DNA from: an uncultured Gammaproteobacteria bacterium | GTDB taxonomy: Bacteria; Pseudomonadota; Gammaproteobacteria; Xanthomonadales; Xanthomonadaceae | Assembly (NCBI GenBank): GCA_903942465.1 | Contig: CAJAPA010000012.1 | Location: forward strand, 4,636 to 68,635 | Length of the DNA stretch: 64,000 bases | Direction of reading: 5' to 3' | Shown here: positions 25,489 through 35,323 of the stretch, one piece after another | Position numbering within the stretch: position 1 is the first letter of the stretch | How the letters are laid out: each line of letters starts with the position of its first letter | Translations under genes and position numbers: made by a program | Notes under the pieces: model-generated | What the model was told of the DNA's origin: nothing | Databases searched by the model: none | The model's input: only the letters and a program-made list of their open reading frames with translations

Positions 25489-25686
25489 TTATTCTTCGGT
25501 TTCTTCGACAGCCGACTTGACGTCGACCACTTTGCGGCCGCGGTAGAAACCGTCTTTGGTCACATGGTGACGCAGATGGGTTTCACCCGTGGTCGGATCG
25601 GTGGCGAGCTGTTTGGCGGACAGCGCATCGTGCGAACGACGCATGCCGCGGGTGGACGGGGTACGACGGGATTTTTGAACGGCCAT
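25489..25686 (-). CDS. rpmF: 50S ribosomal protein L32
   Basis: [20 protein letters not shown]...HLRHH. Confidence 0.97.
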   Translation of the reverse strand: MAVQKSRRTPSTRGMRRSHDALSAKQLATDPTTGETHLRHHVTKDGFYRGRKVVDVKSAVEETEE

Positions 25687-25713
25687 GTTAAGACTCCAAA
25701 CGAAATGCTGATG

Positions 25714-26226
25714 TTACGTGTGGTCCTTCAAGGCCTTCAGGGCCGCGAATGGACTGCTTTTTTCTTCCTCGGCCGCCTCATCCCCGCTCCATTTCGGATC
25801 CAGGTCTGAAGCGTCCGGATTGACCGGTACCAGCGGCACCGCGAGCAGAAGCTCGTCTTCAATCAGTTGAGCCGGCGAAACTTCGCCATGCCCCTCAATC
25901 AATACCGCTTCCATGTCTTCCGGCAGGGAAGCTTCCTGCGCTTCATCGCTGATCAGTCCGAGCCGCTGGTCGATTTCCACCGGAAGCGCGAAGCGCTCGA
26001 GCGTGCGTTGGCAGATCAGGTGAAACACCGCATTCAATTGAATATGCATCACATCCAATTTCAACGGATCGCGGTAAAACTCCACCACGTAACGGCAGTC
26101 GCCCTCGGCATCCGCGAGGACACCGGCCAGGCGCGGCATGTGCGCCAAAGGCAGGCTTCCTTGAAAGCGACGCTGGTTCGCCACCATGCGCCAAACATCG
26201 AGTTGCGGGGGCAAGGTGACAGACAT
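25714..26226 (-). CDS. yceD: YceD/DUF177 family protein
   Basis: CQRTL, LIEDELLLAVP, SPFAAL; upstream of rpmF. Confidence 0.92.
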   Translation of the reverse strand: MSVTLPPQLDVWRMVANQRRFQGSLPLAHMPRLAGVLADAEGDCRYVVEFYRDPLKLDVMHIQLNAVFHLICQRTLERFALPVEIDQRLGLISDEAQEASLPEDMEAVLIEGHGEVSPAQLIEDELLLAVPLVPVNPDASDLDPKWSGDEAAEEEKSSPFAALKALKDHT

Positions 26227-26235
26227 AAGCGCTAA

Positions 26236-26264
26236 ATTTTAATGGATTCATCGACCTGAGTCAA
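26236..26264 (-). promoter_or_regulatory. sigma70 promoter for yceD-rpmF
   Basis: TTGACT-N17-TAAAAT on minus strand. Confidence 0.7.
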
Positions 26265-26445
26265 ATCACCCGCAAATTAAGACTGCCCTGGACCTGATCA
26301 CCGTCACCGCTGACGGGCAGCGGTGGTCGCACCACCAATTAATTACTCTATCCACATGATTTTATTGGACATAGGCAGCATTTCTGAATATTGACCTGTT
26401 TTGCACGGGCGCGGTTTAGAATGGCTTATTTGACCGGAATCACCC

Positions 26446-27384
26446 ATGTCGACGCCCGCCGCAGGCCGCTTAACCCCACTCCGCGCTGAACTTCAAACCG
26501 CCATGGCCGCCTGCAACCGGCAGATTCTGGGCAATCCGCATGCTGTCAAATCCGCGTTCATCGCCTTTCTGGCCGGCGGCCACCTGCTGATCGAAGATCT
26601 GCCCGGACTCGGGAAAACCACCTTGGCACGGACCCTGGCCGCATCACTCGGCCTGGCCTTCAAACGCATCCAGTTCACGGCCGACCTGCTGCCCTCGGAT
26701 ATTCTCGGCGTTTCGGTTTTCGATCCGGAAAAACGCCGGTTCGAATTCCATCCCGGTGCGGTATTCACCGCCATCCTGCTGGCCGATGAAATCAACCGGG
26801 CACCGCCACGCACACAAAGCGCACTGCTCGAAGCCATGGCCGAGCATCAGGTCAGTGTCGATGGCAGTACCTACCCGCTGCCCGATCCGTTTCTGGTCAT
26901 TGCCACCCAGAATCCAACCGACCTGTCCGGAACCTTCCCCCTGCCCGACTCGCAGCTCGACCGCTTCACGCTGCGCATCCGCATGGGCTACATCCCCGCC
27001 GAACAGGAGCGCGCCCTGCTCAAACATGGCGTGACCGGCGGTGATGGCGTCCAATCGGCATTCCCCGACCCGGCGCTGCTGCGGCAACTCCGTGCCGAGG
27101 TCCAGGCACTGCATTGCTCGGATGCACTGATTGACTATCTGCAGCGCCTGATTGCGCAGTCCCGTCAGTTCCCCGGAATACGGGTCGGCCTGTCGCCGCG
27201 CGCCGGCATGTCGCTGTTATCGGCCGGCAAAGCCCATGCTTACATCGAAGGCCGCGACCATGTCAGCGCCAACGACATCCAGGCCGTTTTCATCGAAGCG
27301 GCCGCTCACCGACTCCATCCCGCCGTGGACGGAAAGAACCGGGACTTGGCCGAGGCCCTGCTCAAAAGCGTTGCCGTCGACTGA
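26446..27384 (+). CDS. moxR: MoxR family AAA+ ATPase
   Basis: GLGKTT, RIQFT.DLLPSD, LLADEINRA, PDSQLDRF. Confidence 0.95.
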   Translation: MSTPAAGRLTPLRAELQTAMAACNRQILGNPHAVKSAFIAFLAGGHLLIEDLPGLGKTTLARTLAASLGLAFKRIQFTADLLPSDILGVSVFDPEKRRFEFHPGAVFTAILLADEINRAPPRTQSALLEAMAEHQVSVDGSTYPLPDPFLVIATQNPTDLSGTFPLPDSQLDRFTLRIRMGYIPAEQERALLKHGVTGGDGVQSAFPDPALLRQLRAEVQALHCSDALIDYLQRLIAQSRQFPGIRVGLSPRAGMSLLSAGKAHAYIEGRDHVSANDIQAVFIEAAAHRLHPAVDGKNRDLAEALLKSVAVD

Positions 27385-27385
27385 T

Positions 27386-28351
27386 ATGGCAGGCAGCGCT
27401 GTCCGCCATGCAACATTCGCGAAATGGCTGCGCCGGCTACCGCTGTTCCGGGCCGGACCGCGCGATGCGCAACCGCTGGTCATCGGCAATCGCCGCATCT
27501 ATGTTCTGCCGACCGGCTTCGGTCTGTTCATCGGCATTGCTCTGGCCGTACTGAATCTCGGCAGTCTGAACTACAACAACAATGCCGCACTCTTGCTCGG
27601 TTTTCTGGTCATCAGTCTCTGCAACAACGCCTTGATCGGAGGGCATCTGGCCCTGCTGGGCCTGAAACTGCGCTCGCAACGCCCGGAACCGGTTTTTGCC
27701 GGCCAGCCGCTTGAACTGAGCGTGATGGTTTCACCGCGCGGCTCCGAACCGCGCGACTTCACGCTTTCGCATGACACTTCCGAATCCGTCTTCAGACTCG
27801 GTGCCGAGCCGATCATCACGACATTATCGCTGCCGACGGAAAAGCGCGGACACCTGCACATCGAACGCGTACGGATTGCCACGTTGCATCCGCTGGGCCT
27901 GGCACGTGCCTGGTGCACCCTGAATCTGCAGGAACAGGCGTTGGTCTATCCAACACCCCAAGGTCAGGATCTGAACGCTTATTTTTCCAGTGCCGAGACC
28001 GGCAGTGGCCGGCAAAGCCGGCAGCACAGCGATCAGCCGCATCATCTACGCACCTACCGCAGCGGTGATTCCCGCAAACAGATCGCCTGGAAACCCAGCG
28101 CACGCACGGGCAGCCTGCAGGTCCGTGAATATGAGCAAGGTGATGCCGATGCACTGCTTCTGGACTGGAACCGTCTCGGCCATCTGGATTACGAAACCCG
28201 AATTTCCCAGCTCTGTCTCTGGGTCGTGCAGGCCGAACAGCGGCAACGGCGATTTGCCCTGAATATTCCCGGGCTTCGTGTGGAGACCGGTTCCGGTTCC
28301 GAGCATCGACGGCATTGCCTCGAGGCACTGGCACTCCTGCCCCATGATTGA
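27386..28351 (+). CDS. DUF58 domain protein
   Basis: IYVLPTGFG, LRTYRSGD..KQIAWK, VREYE; start ATG 27386 directly after moxR stop. Confidence 0.88.
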   Translation: MAGSAVRHATFAKWLRRLPLFRAGPRDAQPLVIGNRRIYVLPTGFGLFIGIALAVLNLGSLNYNNNAALLLGFLVISLCNNALIGGHLALLGLKLRSQRPEPVFAGQPLELSVMVSPRGSEPRDFTLSHDTSESVFRLGAEPIITTLSLPTEKRGHLHIERVRIATLHPLGLARAWCTLNLQEQALVYPTPQGQDLNAYFSSAETGSGRQSRQHSDQPHHLRTYRSGDSRKQIAWKPSARTGSLQVREYEQGDADALLLDWNRLGHLDYETRISQLCLWVVQAEQRQRRFALNIPGLRVETGSGSEHRRHCLEALALLPHD

Positions 28352-30287
28352 GGCCCTGCGCAAATCCGGTGTGCTGTGCACGGTACTGGCCATACTGCCG
28401 CTGGCGCCGCAATTGCCGGCAACGCTTCTGCTGCTGATCGGGCTGATTCTGGCCGTCGCCTACCTGCTCCCCAAGCCGCATCTGCTGCTGATTATCGGCG
28501 TCCTGATTGCTTCACTTCTGCTTTTAATGTTCGCTTATAACGGACGCGTCGGCCGCGATACGGCCGCGGCCATGCTGGCTTTGATGATGGCCTTGAAGTG
28601 TCTGGAAACGACGCGCATGCGCGACCTGCGCGCCCTGCTCGGATTCGCGCTATTCCTGCCGTTTTCGGCCTTATTGAGCGTTCAGACCCCGTTGACCTTG
28701 GCTCTCTGCCTGCTCAGTGTGCTGTTCTGGTTGTTGCTCCTGCAAATAAGCAGTACCGGGAAAATCGTCCTGCCCGAAAAATCAGTGTGGCCATTGCTGA
28801 AAGCGCTTTTGCGCGCCATGCTCATCGCCCTGCCGATGGCTGCCGCGCTGTTTTGGCTGTTTCCGCGCATCGGCACGCCCTTGTGGGGCCTTCCCGGCTT
28901 GTCCGAACAGGGAACGGGCCTGGGCGACAGCATGAAACCCGGCCAGTGGCTGGATATCCTCGCCGATGACCGCATCGCCTTCCGTGTCGACTTCACCGGA
29001 CGCGTACCGGAACCGGAACAACGCTACTGGCGCGGCCCGGTACTCTGGGATTTCGATGGCATGGAATGGCAACGCAATCCGCAGGACAACCGGCCCGGTC
29101 CGGTCATGCCTGCGAATTCTCCGGAAGCCAGCGACGTCATCACCTACCGGGTCAGTCTGGAACCGACGGAAAGGAAATACCTGCCGGTTCTGGATTGGCC
29201 GCGTCAGGCTCCCGAACCCTACACCCTGAGCGCCGATACGGGGCTTTACGCCAGCACCCCGATTCAGAAAATGACGCAGTATTCGGCAAGCGCCTGGATG
29301 CAGCCGGATGCCACCCGCCCGCTCGGCGATGCCGAACGCCGCCGGGCGCTGGCTTATCCGACGGCATTCAACAAACGCACGCAGGCGCTGGCCTTGCAAT
29401 GGCGGGCGCAGGCCGGCAATGACCGCGCCTATATCGACCGGGTATTGCAGTGGATTCGTCGCGACTTCAGTTACACCTTGGCCACCGATCCGCCCCGCTT
29501 GAATGCCGTCGACCGTTTCCTGTTCGAAGACCGCCAGGGCTTCTGCCAGCATTTCAGTTCATCCTTCGCCATGCTGATGCGCGCCGCCGGCATTCCGGCA
29601 CGCGTGGTTACCGGCTATGTCGGCGGCTACCGCAATCCCTACGGTGGCTACTGGGTGCTGTACATCAAGGATGCGCATGCCTGGACCGAAGTCTGGCTCG
29701 AGGGTGAGGGCTGGGTGCGGATAGACCCGACCGCGGCGGTGGCACCGGAAAACATCCTGGATACGCTGGCTGGCAGTGCCGGACAGGAACAGTATGCGGG
29801 CGGCGGCGGTGCCTTTTCGCCCTTGTTCGACTATGGCGACTTCATGCGTTCGCGCTGGAACGACTGGGTCATCGGATTCAACGCCGCACGCCAAATGGCC
29901 TTGTTCCGGAACATCGGCATCGCCCGCGCCGAACGCTGGCAGATGCTGCTGACGCTGCTCATACTGGCCGGTCTAATTTCATTTGCCGTATTCAACCTGT
30001 CACGAAGAACCCGCATCACGGAACATCCGGTCGATGCGGCATGGCACCGGTTGATTGCGGTGCTGGCGAAGCGCGGCCATCAAAAGGCCGCGCATGAAAC
30101 CGCCATGGATTTCGCGGCCCGCAGCGGCGATTTCGACCTGATGACCGTCGCTTCACGCTATTCGCAATGGCGTTACGGAAAAGCCGACCCGGATCCGCAA
30201 GCAGGTGCATCACTGATTGCCGATATCCAGCGGCTGACCGGAAAAATCAAGCAGCGGCCTCCGTCCGGAAGCGGACAGCGGCTATAG
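28344..30287 (+). CDS. DUF3488/transglutaminase membrane protein (TgpA-like)
   Basis: Multiple TM segments; YWRGPVL; triad GFCQHF / AHAWTEV / DPT. Confidence 0.9.
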   Translation: MIEALRKSGVLCTVLAILPLAPQLPATLLLLIGLILAVAYLLPKPHLLLIIGVLIASLLLLMFAYNGRVGRDTAAAMLALMMALKCLETTRMRDLRALLGFALFLPFSALLSVQTPLTLALCLLSVLFWLLLLQISSTGKIVLPEKSVWPLLKALLRAMLIALPMAAALFWLFPRIGTPLWGLPGLSEQGTGLGDSMKPGQWLDILADDRIAFRVDFTGRVPEPEQRYWRGPVLWDFDGMEWQRNPQDNRPGPVMPANSPEASDVITYRVSLEPTERKYLPVLDWPRQAPEPYTLSADTGLYASTPIQKMTQYSASAWMQPDATRPLGDAERRRALAYPTAFNKRTQALALQWRAQAGNDRAYIDRVLQWIRRDFSYTLATDPPRLNAVDRFLFEDRQGFCQHFSSSFAMLMRAAGIPARVVTGYVGGYRNPYGGYWVLYIKDAHAWTEVWLEGEGWVRIDPTAAVAPENILDTLAGSAGQEQYAGGGGAFSPLFDYGDFMRSRWNDWVIGFNAARQMALFRNIGIARAERWQMLLTLLILAGLISFAVFNLSRRTRITEHPVDAAWHRLIAVLAKRGHQKAAHETAMDFAARSGDFDLMTVASRYSQWRYGKADPDPQAGASLIADIQRLTGKIKQRPPSGSGQRL

Positions 30288-30313
30288 TAACCATCATCTA
30301 TCTGGAGACCTCC

Positions 30314-30910
30314 ATGTTCCGACACGCCTTTCTGCTTGCCGCACTTCTCCCGTTATCCGCCAATGCGGGCACGGCTTCACCGGCTGCGCTCGTCTCGATT
30401 CCGACCCATGACGCGTTTTTCGATGCCCTCCGGCGCCATTGCGGCAAGGCATTCGAGGGCAAGGTCAGTGTCGATACTCCAGCATCGCCGGGTTTCGAGG
30501 GCCGGCTGGTCATGCATGTCCGTAGATGCACCGACAGCCAGCTGCAGATTCCGTTCCATGTCGGCGAGGATCATTCGCGCACCTGGCTGATCAGCAAGAC
30601 CGGCTCGGGATTGCAGCTCAAGCACGACCACCGGCACACCGACGGCAGCAGTGATAAATCGACCATGTATGGCGGCCACACACTCGACGCCGGCTGGTCT
30701 ACGGTGCAGTCGTTTCCGGCGGACCAGTATTCAAAAGAATTGTTCACTGCCGCCGGAAATCCGCAATCCAACGGCAACACCTGGCAGATGTACATTTACC
30801 CTGAAAAATTCACCTACCGGCTGACCCGCGAAGGCCGCGAATTCCGCGTGGATTTCGACCTTACAAAACCTGTACCGGCACCGCCGGCGCCTTGGGGATA
30901 CACGGACTGA
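30314..30910 (+). CDS. Secreted hypothetical protein
   Basis: Signal peptide MFRHAFLLAALLPLSANA; motifs CGKAFEG, MHVRRC, LKHDHRH. Confidence 0.8.
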   Translation: MFRHAFLLAALLPLSANAGTASPAALVSIPTHDAFFDALRRHCGKAFEGKVSVDTPASPGFEGRLVMHVRRCTDSQLQIPFHVGEDHSRTWLISKTGSGLQLKHDHRHTDGSSDKSTMYGGHTLDAGWSTVQSFPADQYSKELFTAAGNPQSNGNTWQMYIYPEKFTYRLTREGREFRVDFDLTKPVPAPPAPWGYTD

Positions 30911-30926
30911 GGGCGTTCTGCGCTGT

Positions 30927-31271
30927 TTAGGCGAAACCGCCGGTCAGCGGTGCGCCGCCGAGCAGGTGCATGTGGATATGGAATACAGTCTGGCCGCCAT
31001 GGCTGTTGCAGTTCATCACCAGCCGGTAGCCGTTTTCGGCGATGCCGATGGATTTGGCATAGGCCTGCGCCGCCAGTAGCAGATTGCCCAGCAGCAGCGC
31101 TTCATTATCAGGCACGTCATTGAGGGTATCGAAGCGGCGTTTCGGGACGAACAGCACATGCACCGGCGCCTGCGGTGAAATGTCGCGGAACGCGATGATG
31201 TCATCGTTTTCGAACACGATGTCGGCCGGGATTTGGCGTTTAATGATTTTCTCGAAGATGCTGTCGCTCAT
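30927..31271 (-). CDS. hinT: Histidine triad (HIT/HinT) nucleotide-binding protein
   Basis: MSDSIFEKII, FRDISPQAPVH, GQTVFHIHMH. Confidence 0.93.
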   Translation of the reverse strand: MSDSIFEKIIKRQIPADIVFENDDIIAFRDISPQAPVHVLFVPKRRFDTLNDVPDNEALLLGNLLLAAQAYAKSIGIAENGYRLVMNCNSHGGQTVFHIHMHLLGGAPLTGGFA

Positions 31272-31279
31272 GACGTTCC

Positions 31280-31879
31280 TCAGGGCATGTCGATGCGGGT
31301 GCCGAAGGCATGTGCCAGTGTGCCGCGGTCGACGTATTCCAGTTCGCCGCCGATCGGCACGCCGTGCGCCAGTTTGGAGGGCTTGACCTCGAACTGACGG
31401 GCGAGCTGGGCGAGATAGTGTGCGGTGGCCTCGCCTTCCACGGTCGGATTGGTGGCGATGATCATTTCCGTGACCGAGCCTTCCGCCAGACGCTTGGCCA
31501 ATTGATCGAGACCGAGCTCGCGCGGACCGATGCCGTCCAGCGGCGATAGCCTGCCTTGCAGGATGAAATAAAGCCCGCGGTACCCGGTTGCCTGCTCGAT
31601 CACTAGGCGATCGGCCGGGGTTTCCACCACGCACAGCTGTGCCGGGTCACGGGCGGAACTGGCGCAGATGGCGCAGCACTCCTGCTCGGTGAAATCACGG
31701 CACTGCACGCAGTGCCCGATGCGCTTCAGCGACTCCTGCAACGCGGTGGCCAGACGCATGCCGCCTTCGCGGTTGCGCTCGAGCAGATGGTAGGCCATGC
31801 GCTGTGCACTCTTCTGGCCCACGCCGGGCAGACAGCGCAGGGATTCCATCAGTTGGCTCAGCAGGTCACTCTGGCTCAA
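31280..31879 (-). CDS. recR: Recombination protein RecR
   Basis: [10 protein letters not shown]4 zinc finger, [18 protein letters not shown]. Confidence 0.97.
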   Translation of the reverse strand: MSQSDLLSQLMESLRCLPGVGQKSAQRMAYHLLERNREGGMRLATALQESLKRIGHCVQCRDFTEQECCAICASSARDPAQLCVVETPADRLVIEQATGYRGLYFILQGRLSPLDGIGPRELGLDQLAKRLAEGSVTEMIIATNPTVEGEATAHYLAQLARQFEVKPSKLAHGVPIGGELEYVDRGTLAHAFGTRIDMP

Positions 31880-32196
31880 AACGGCAGCTTCATTCCTGGC
31901 GGAAGCGGCATGCCGGCGGTGACCGCGGACATGCGTTTGTTGCTTTCCTCATTGGCTTTGGCCACGGCATCATTGATGGCTGCGACCAGAAGATCCTCGA
32001 GCATTTCGGCATCGGCCAGAACGCCGGGGTCGATGGCCACTTTGCGGGCTTCGAATTTTCCGGTCAGGGTGACTTTCACCGCGCCGCCGCCGGATTGTCC
32101 GGTCACTTCCATCTGCGCAAGCTCTTCCTGCACTTTCTGCATGTTTTCCTGCATGCGCTGGGCTTTCTGCATCATCTGGGCGATATTGCCTCTCAT
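31876..32196 (-). CDS. ybaB: YbaB/EbfC nucleoid-associated protein
   Basis: [28 protein letters not shown]. Confidence 0.95.
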   Translation of the reverse strand: MRGNIAQMMQKAQRMQENMQKVQEELAQMEVTGQSGGGAVKVTLTGKFEARKVAIDPGVLADAEMLEDLLVAAINDAVAKANEESNKRMSAVTAGMPLPPGMKLPF

Positions 32197-32203
32197 AACA
32201 TTC

Positions 32204-33820
32204 TCACTTCAATTCCAAAGGACGGATGGAATCCGGAATGATCTGCGCACCTTCGGCCAGAAGGGCGTTCACCACCGGATGGTTCTGGAACTCGGCCTCG
32301 GCTTCGTTCTGCCGGTTGAGTTTGGTTTCGGTCTGGAGGCCGTGCAGGGTCTGCGTCCCGGCTTCGGCCAGCTTTTCGAATTTGATCTGCACTGGACTGC
32401 CGAAGACGTCAGCCAATGCACTCTGAAAACGCTCGCAGAGGACCGGACTGAGACTGTCGTAAAGATCGGCAGGATACGACAGCAGCAACTGACTGCCGTT
32501 GCGGGCTACAAACGCGCTGTGCGCGCCGAGCTGGCCGAGCGGACCTTTGAGCGCCAGACGCGCCAGCAGCTGCAGCCATTGCTCAGGACTGTCCGGCAGC
32601 GTCACCGGAGTCACAGAAGCCGGCGGCGGGCTTTCTGGAAGTGGCGCCGCGGTTTCACGACGGGGCGTTGCAACCGGTGGCGCTGCGGGCGATTTCTGCG
32701 CCGCCGGCGCGGGCCGTGTCACGGAATCCGGTGCATCGGCACCTACGGGAACAAACGCCAACATGCGCAGCAGCGCCATTTCAAAACCGACCCGGGCACC
32801 GGGAGCGAAATGCAGATCGCGGCGGCCCATTACCGCCATCTGGTACCAAAGCTGGACCAGCTGGGCATCCAACTGCTGGGCGAAGGCCTTGACCGGCACC
32901 CGCGGAAGTGACGGCCGGTAATTCGGGACCAACTGCGCCAGCTGGATTTCATGCAGAGCCTGCGCCAGACGATCGAGCACCTGTTCGAAGTCGGGCGCGA
33001 ACGAGGCCAGCTGTTCAATCGCCGCCATCAGTGCCTCGCCATCGCGCGCGGCCAGTGCGCTCAGCAGCTGTTCGATCTGGCTGCGATCGACCGTACCGAG
33101 CATGGACTGTACCAATTCAGCCTGCAGACTGCCACCGGTATAGGCAATCGCCTGGTCGAGCAGCGACAGACCATCACGCAGACTCCCGTCGGCGGCATCG
33201 GCCAGCAACGTAAGGGATTCGGCATCGAAGCCGATGCCCTCGGCGGCGAGAATATGCTCCATTTGTCCGGAAATCTGCTCAGGCTCCAGACGCCGGAGAT
33301 TGAATTGCAGACAGCGCGACAGCACGGTGACCGGTAGTTTTTCCGGATCGGTGGTGGCAAGCAGGAATTTGACGTGCTCCGGCGGCTCTTCCAGCGTCTT
33401 CAGCAGCGCGTTGAAGGCGTTTTTCGAGAGCATGTGCACTTCGTCGATCAGGTAGACCTTGATGCGGCCGCGCGAAGGCATGTACTGCGCGTTGTCGATC
33501 AGGGCCCGGACATCATCGACGCCGGTATGGCTGGCGGCGTCGATTTCGATCAGATCCGGATAGCGGCCGTTGTCGATATCCGTACAGGTGCCACAGACGC
33601 CGCAGGGATCTTTCGAGGTGCCGGACTCACAGTTCAGACTTTTCGCGAAAATCCGGGCAATGGTGGTTTTGCCGACGCCCCGGGTTCCGGTGAACAGGAA
33701 GGCATGGTGGACCCGTCCGGTTTCCAAGGCGTGACTGAGCGCACGCACCACATGCTGCTGGCCGACCAGTTCGGCGAAGCGCTTTGGACGCCATTTTCGT
33801 GCTAAAACCAGATAAGACAT
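32204..33820 (-). CDS. dnaX: DNA polymerase III gamma/tau subunit
   Basis: [32 protein letters not shown]. Confidence 0.97.
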   Translation of the reverse strand: MSYLVLARKWRPKRFAELVGQQHVVRALSHALETGRVHHAFLFTGTRGVGKTTIARIFAKSLNCESGTSKDPCGVCGTCTDIDNGRYPDLIEIDAASHTGVDDVRALIDNAQYMPSRGRIKVYLIDEVHMLSKNAFNALLKTLEEPPEHVKFLLATTDPEKLPVTVLSRCLQFNLRRLEPEQISGQMEHILAAEGIGFDAESLTLLADAADGSLRDGLSLLDQAIAYTGGSLQAELVQSMLGTVDRSQIEQLLSALAARDGEALMAAIEQLASFAPDFEQVLDRLAQALHEIQLAQLVPNYRPSLPRVPVKAFAQQLDAQLVQLWYQMAVMGRRDLHFAPGARVGFEMALLRMLAFVPVGADAPDSVTRPAPAAQKSPAAPPVATPRRETAAPLPESPPPASVTPVTLPDSPEQWLQLLARLALKGPLGQLGAHSAFVARNGSQLLLSYPADLYDSLSPVLCERFQSALADVFGSPVQIKFEKLAEAGTQTLHGLQTETKLNRQNEAEAEFQNHPVVNALLAEGAQIIPDSIRPLELK

Positions 33821-33886
33821 GGGCTTTCCCGTATTCAGAAGCTCATTTTGCCATATTTGGGCCGACCCCGGACAGGGGCGCTTGCC

Positions 33887-33915
33887 TTGTGGAAACACCC
33901 CTGCTCGCGTATAAT
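33887..33915 (+). promoter_or_regulatory. sigma70 promoter for tRNA-Ser / SRP RNA
   Basis: TTGTGG-N17-TATAAT. Confidence 0.7.
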
Positions 33916-33946
33916 TCGCGGTTCACATCAGGCGATTTACATCTGC

Positions 33947-34039
33947 GGAGAGATGTCCGAGCGGTCGAAGGAGCACGCCTGGAAAGTGTGTAAACGGCTA
34001 AACCCCGTTTCGAGGGTTCGAATCCCTCTCTCTCCGCCA
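33947..34039 (+). tRNA. tRNA-Ser(GGA)
   Basis: GGAGAGATGTCCGAGCGG...CTGGAAA...long variable arm...GTTCGAATCCCTCTCTCTCCGCCA. Confidence 0.97.
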
Positions 34040-34068
34040 CTTCTTAACGGCCCCGGCCGCGTTTCAAT

Positions 34069-34180
34069 GGTGGCCCCTGTCGGCCCTCGCGACGATAGAT
34101 TGAAAACCCCGCCAGGGCCGGAAGGCAGCAACGGTATTGATTGATTCGGGCGACGAGGTCAACCGGCAGGGGCTGCCACC
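34069..34180 (+). ncRNA. ffs: Signal recognition particle 4.5S RNA
   Basis: Domain IV CAGGGCCGGAAGGCAGCAAC; terminal helix GGTGG...CCACC / CCCCTGTCGG...CCGGCAGGGG; next to dnaX. Confidence 0.92.
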
Positions 34181-34181
34181 C

Positions 34182-34592
34182 TCAAGCTTCGCGCCAAAGT
34201 GAATCCCCATCGGCGTAGCGCTCGCGTTTCCAGATCGGCACCCGGGCTTTGACCTCATCGATGACCCAGCGGCAGGCGGCAAAGGCCGCCTCGCGGTGCG
34301 CGGCGCTGACGCCGACCCAGACCGCCATATCCCCGATGCTGCAGTCGCCGACACGGTGGATGCAGCGGGCATCGATGATGTCGAAACGCGTCATCGCTTC
34401 CGCCAGAATGCGTCCACCTTCATGTTCGGCCAGTTCTGGGTAGCAGTCGTAATGCAGGCCGAGTACCGGCCGTCCGGCGTGATGATTGCGCACCCAACCT
34501 TCAAAGGCCGCGTAGGCGCCGCAGCGCGCATCGCAAAGTGCCTCACGCCAGGCCGTGTTGTCGATTGCCGAATGTGTGATGCGGAACTGCAT
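34182..34592 (-). CDS. moaE: Molybdopterin synthase catalytic subunit
   Basis: GWVRNH, HRVG, AHREAAF, IDEVKARVPIWKRE. Confidence 0.95.
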   Translation of the reverse strand: MQFRITHSAIDNTAWREALCDARCGAYAAFEGWVRNHHAGRPVLGLHYDCYPELAEHEGGRILAEAMTRFDIIDARCIHRVGDCSIGDMAVWVGVSAAHREAAFAACRWVIDEVKARVPIWKRERYADGDSLWREA

Positions 34593-34828
34593 CAGCCCCC
34601 CGATACCGGCGGGATGAACGCGATGACATCGTCATCCGCAGGAACATATCGCCAATCACAGAAAGCGCCGTTGCAGGCCACCCGCAGCTGATTCTGTGCG
34701 TGTTTGAAACCGTGCCGTTCACGCAGTAACGCATACAGCTCGGTCAAGGAATCCGGAACGGGAAGCTGTTCTTCGCTGACGCCGGCCGCTTCCCGCAATG
34801 CCGCGAAATAAAGAACGGTCACACTCAC
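34592..34828 (-). CDS. moaD: Molybdopterin synthase sulfur carrier
   Basis: VLYFAALRE...IPPVSGG C-terminus; GTG start 34828. Confidence 0.95.
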   Translation of the reverse strand: MSVTVLYFAALREAAGVSEEQLPVPDSLTELYALLRERHGFKHAQNQLRVACNGAFCDWRYVPADDDVIAFIPPVSGG

Positions 34829-35322
34829 TTTCCGCCCACCCTGCGCTTGCCGCCCTGTTTGTGGCGCAACTTGACCGGTCCGATTTCGATGGCATGGCTG
34901 AGCGCCTTGCACATGTCGTACACCGTCAGGGCTGCGGCTGAAGTACCGGTCAGTGCTTCCATCTCAACGCCGGTCTTTCCGGTGACGCGGACCGTGCATA
35001 GGATACGCAGGGTCTGCCGGTCATGCCAATCGATGCTGAAATCGCAACCCTCGATGGCCAATGCATGACAGAACGGAATCCACTGCGCGGTGTTTTTGAC
35101 CGCCATGGTGCCGGCGATGATGGCGGTATCGATGATGGCGCCTTTGGCGCTGCGCATACCCTGCCCCCGCAACTGCTCGGCCACGGTCTTCGGAAACCGG
35201 ACATCGGCACTGGCGCTGGCCGTGCGAACCGTCACGGCCTTGTCGCCGACATCCACCATGGCCGGACGGCCGGCAGCATCGAGATGGGTCAATTCCGGTT
35301 TACCGCTTTTCTTTCCAGCCAC
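34825..35322 (-). CDS. moaC: Cyclic pyranopterin monophosphate synthase MoaC
   Basis: LTHLD..G...[23 protein letters not shown]. Confidence 0.95.
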   Translation of the reverse strand: MAGKKSGKPELTHLDAAGRPAMVDVGDKAVTVRTASASADVRFPKTVAEQLRGQGMRSAKGAIIDTAIIAGTMAVKNTAQWIPFCHALAIEGCDFSIDWHDRQTLRILCTVRVTGKTGVEMEALTGTSAAALTVYDMCKALSHAIEIGPVKLRHKQGGKRRVGGK

Positions 35323-35323
35323 G

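Noticed and set aside
32204-33820. Programmed -1 frameshift in dnaX (gamma/tau)
   Set aside because: I did not find an A-AAA-AAG slippery heptamer or a long A run in the Pro/Ala-rich linker by eye. A computational scan would be needed to exclude other signals.
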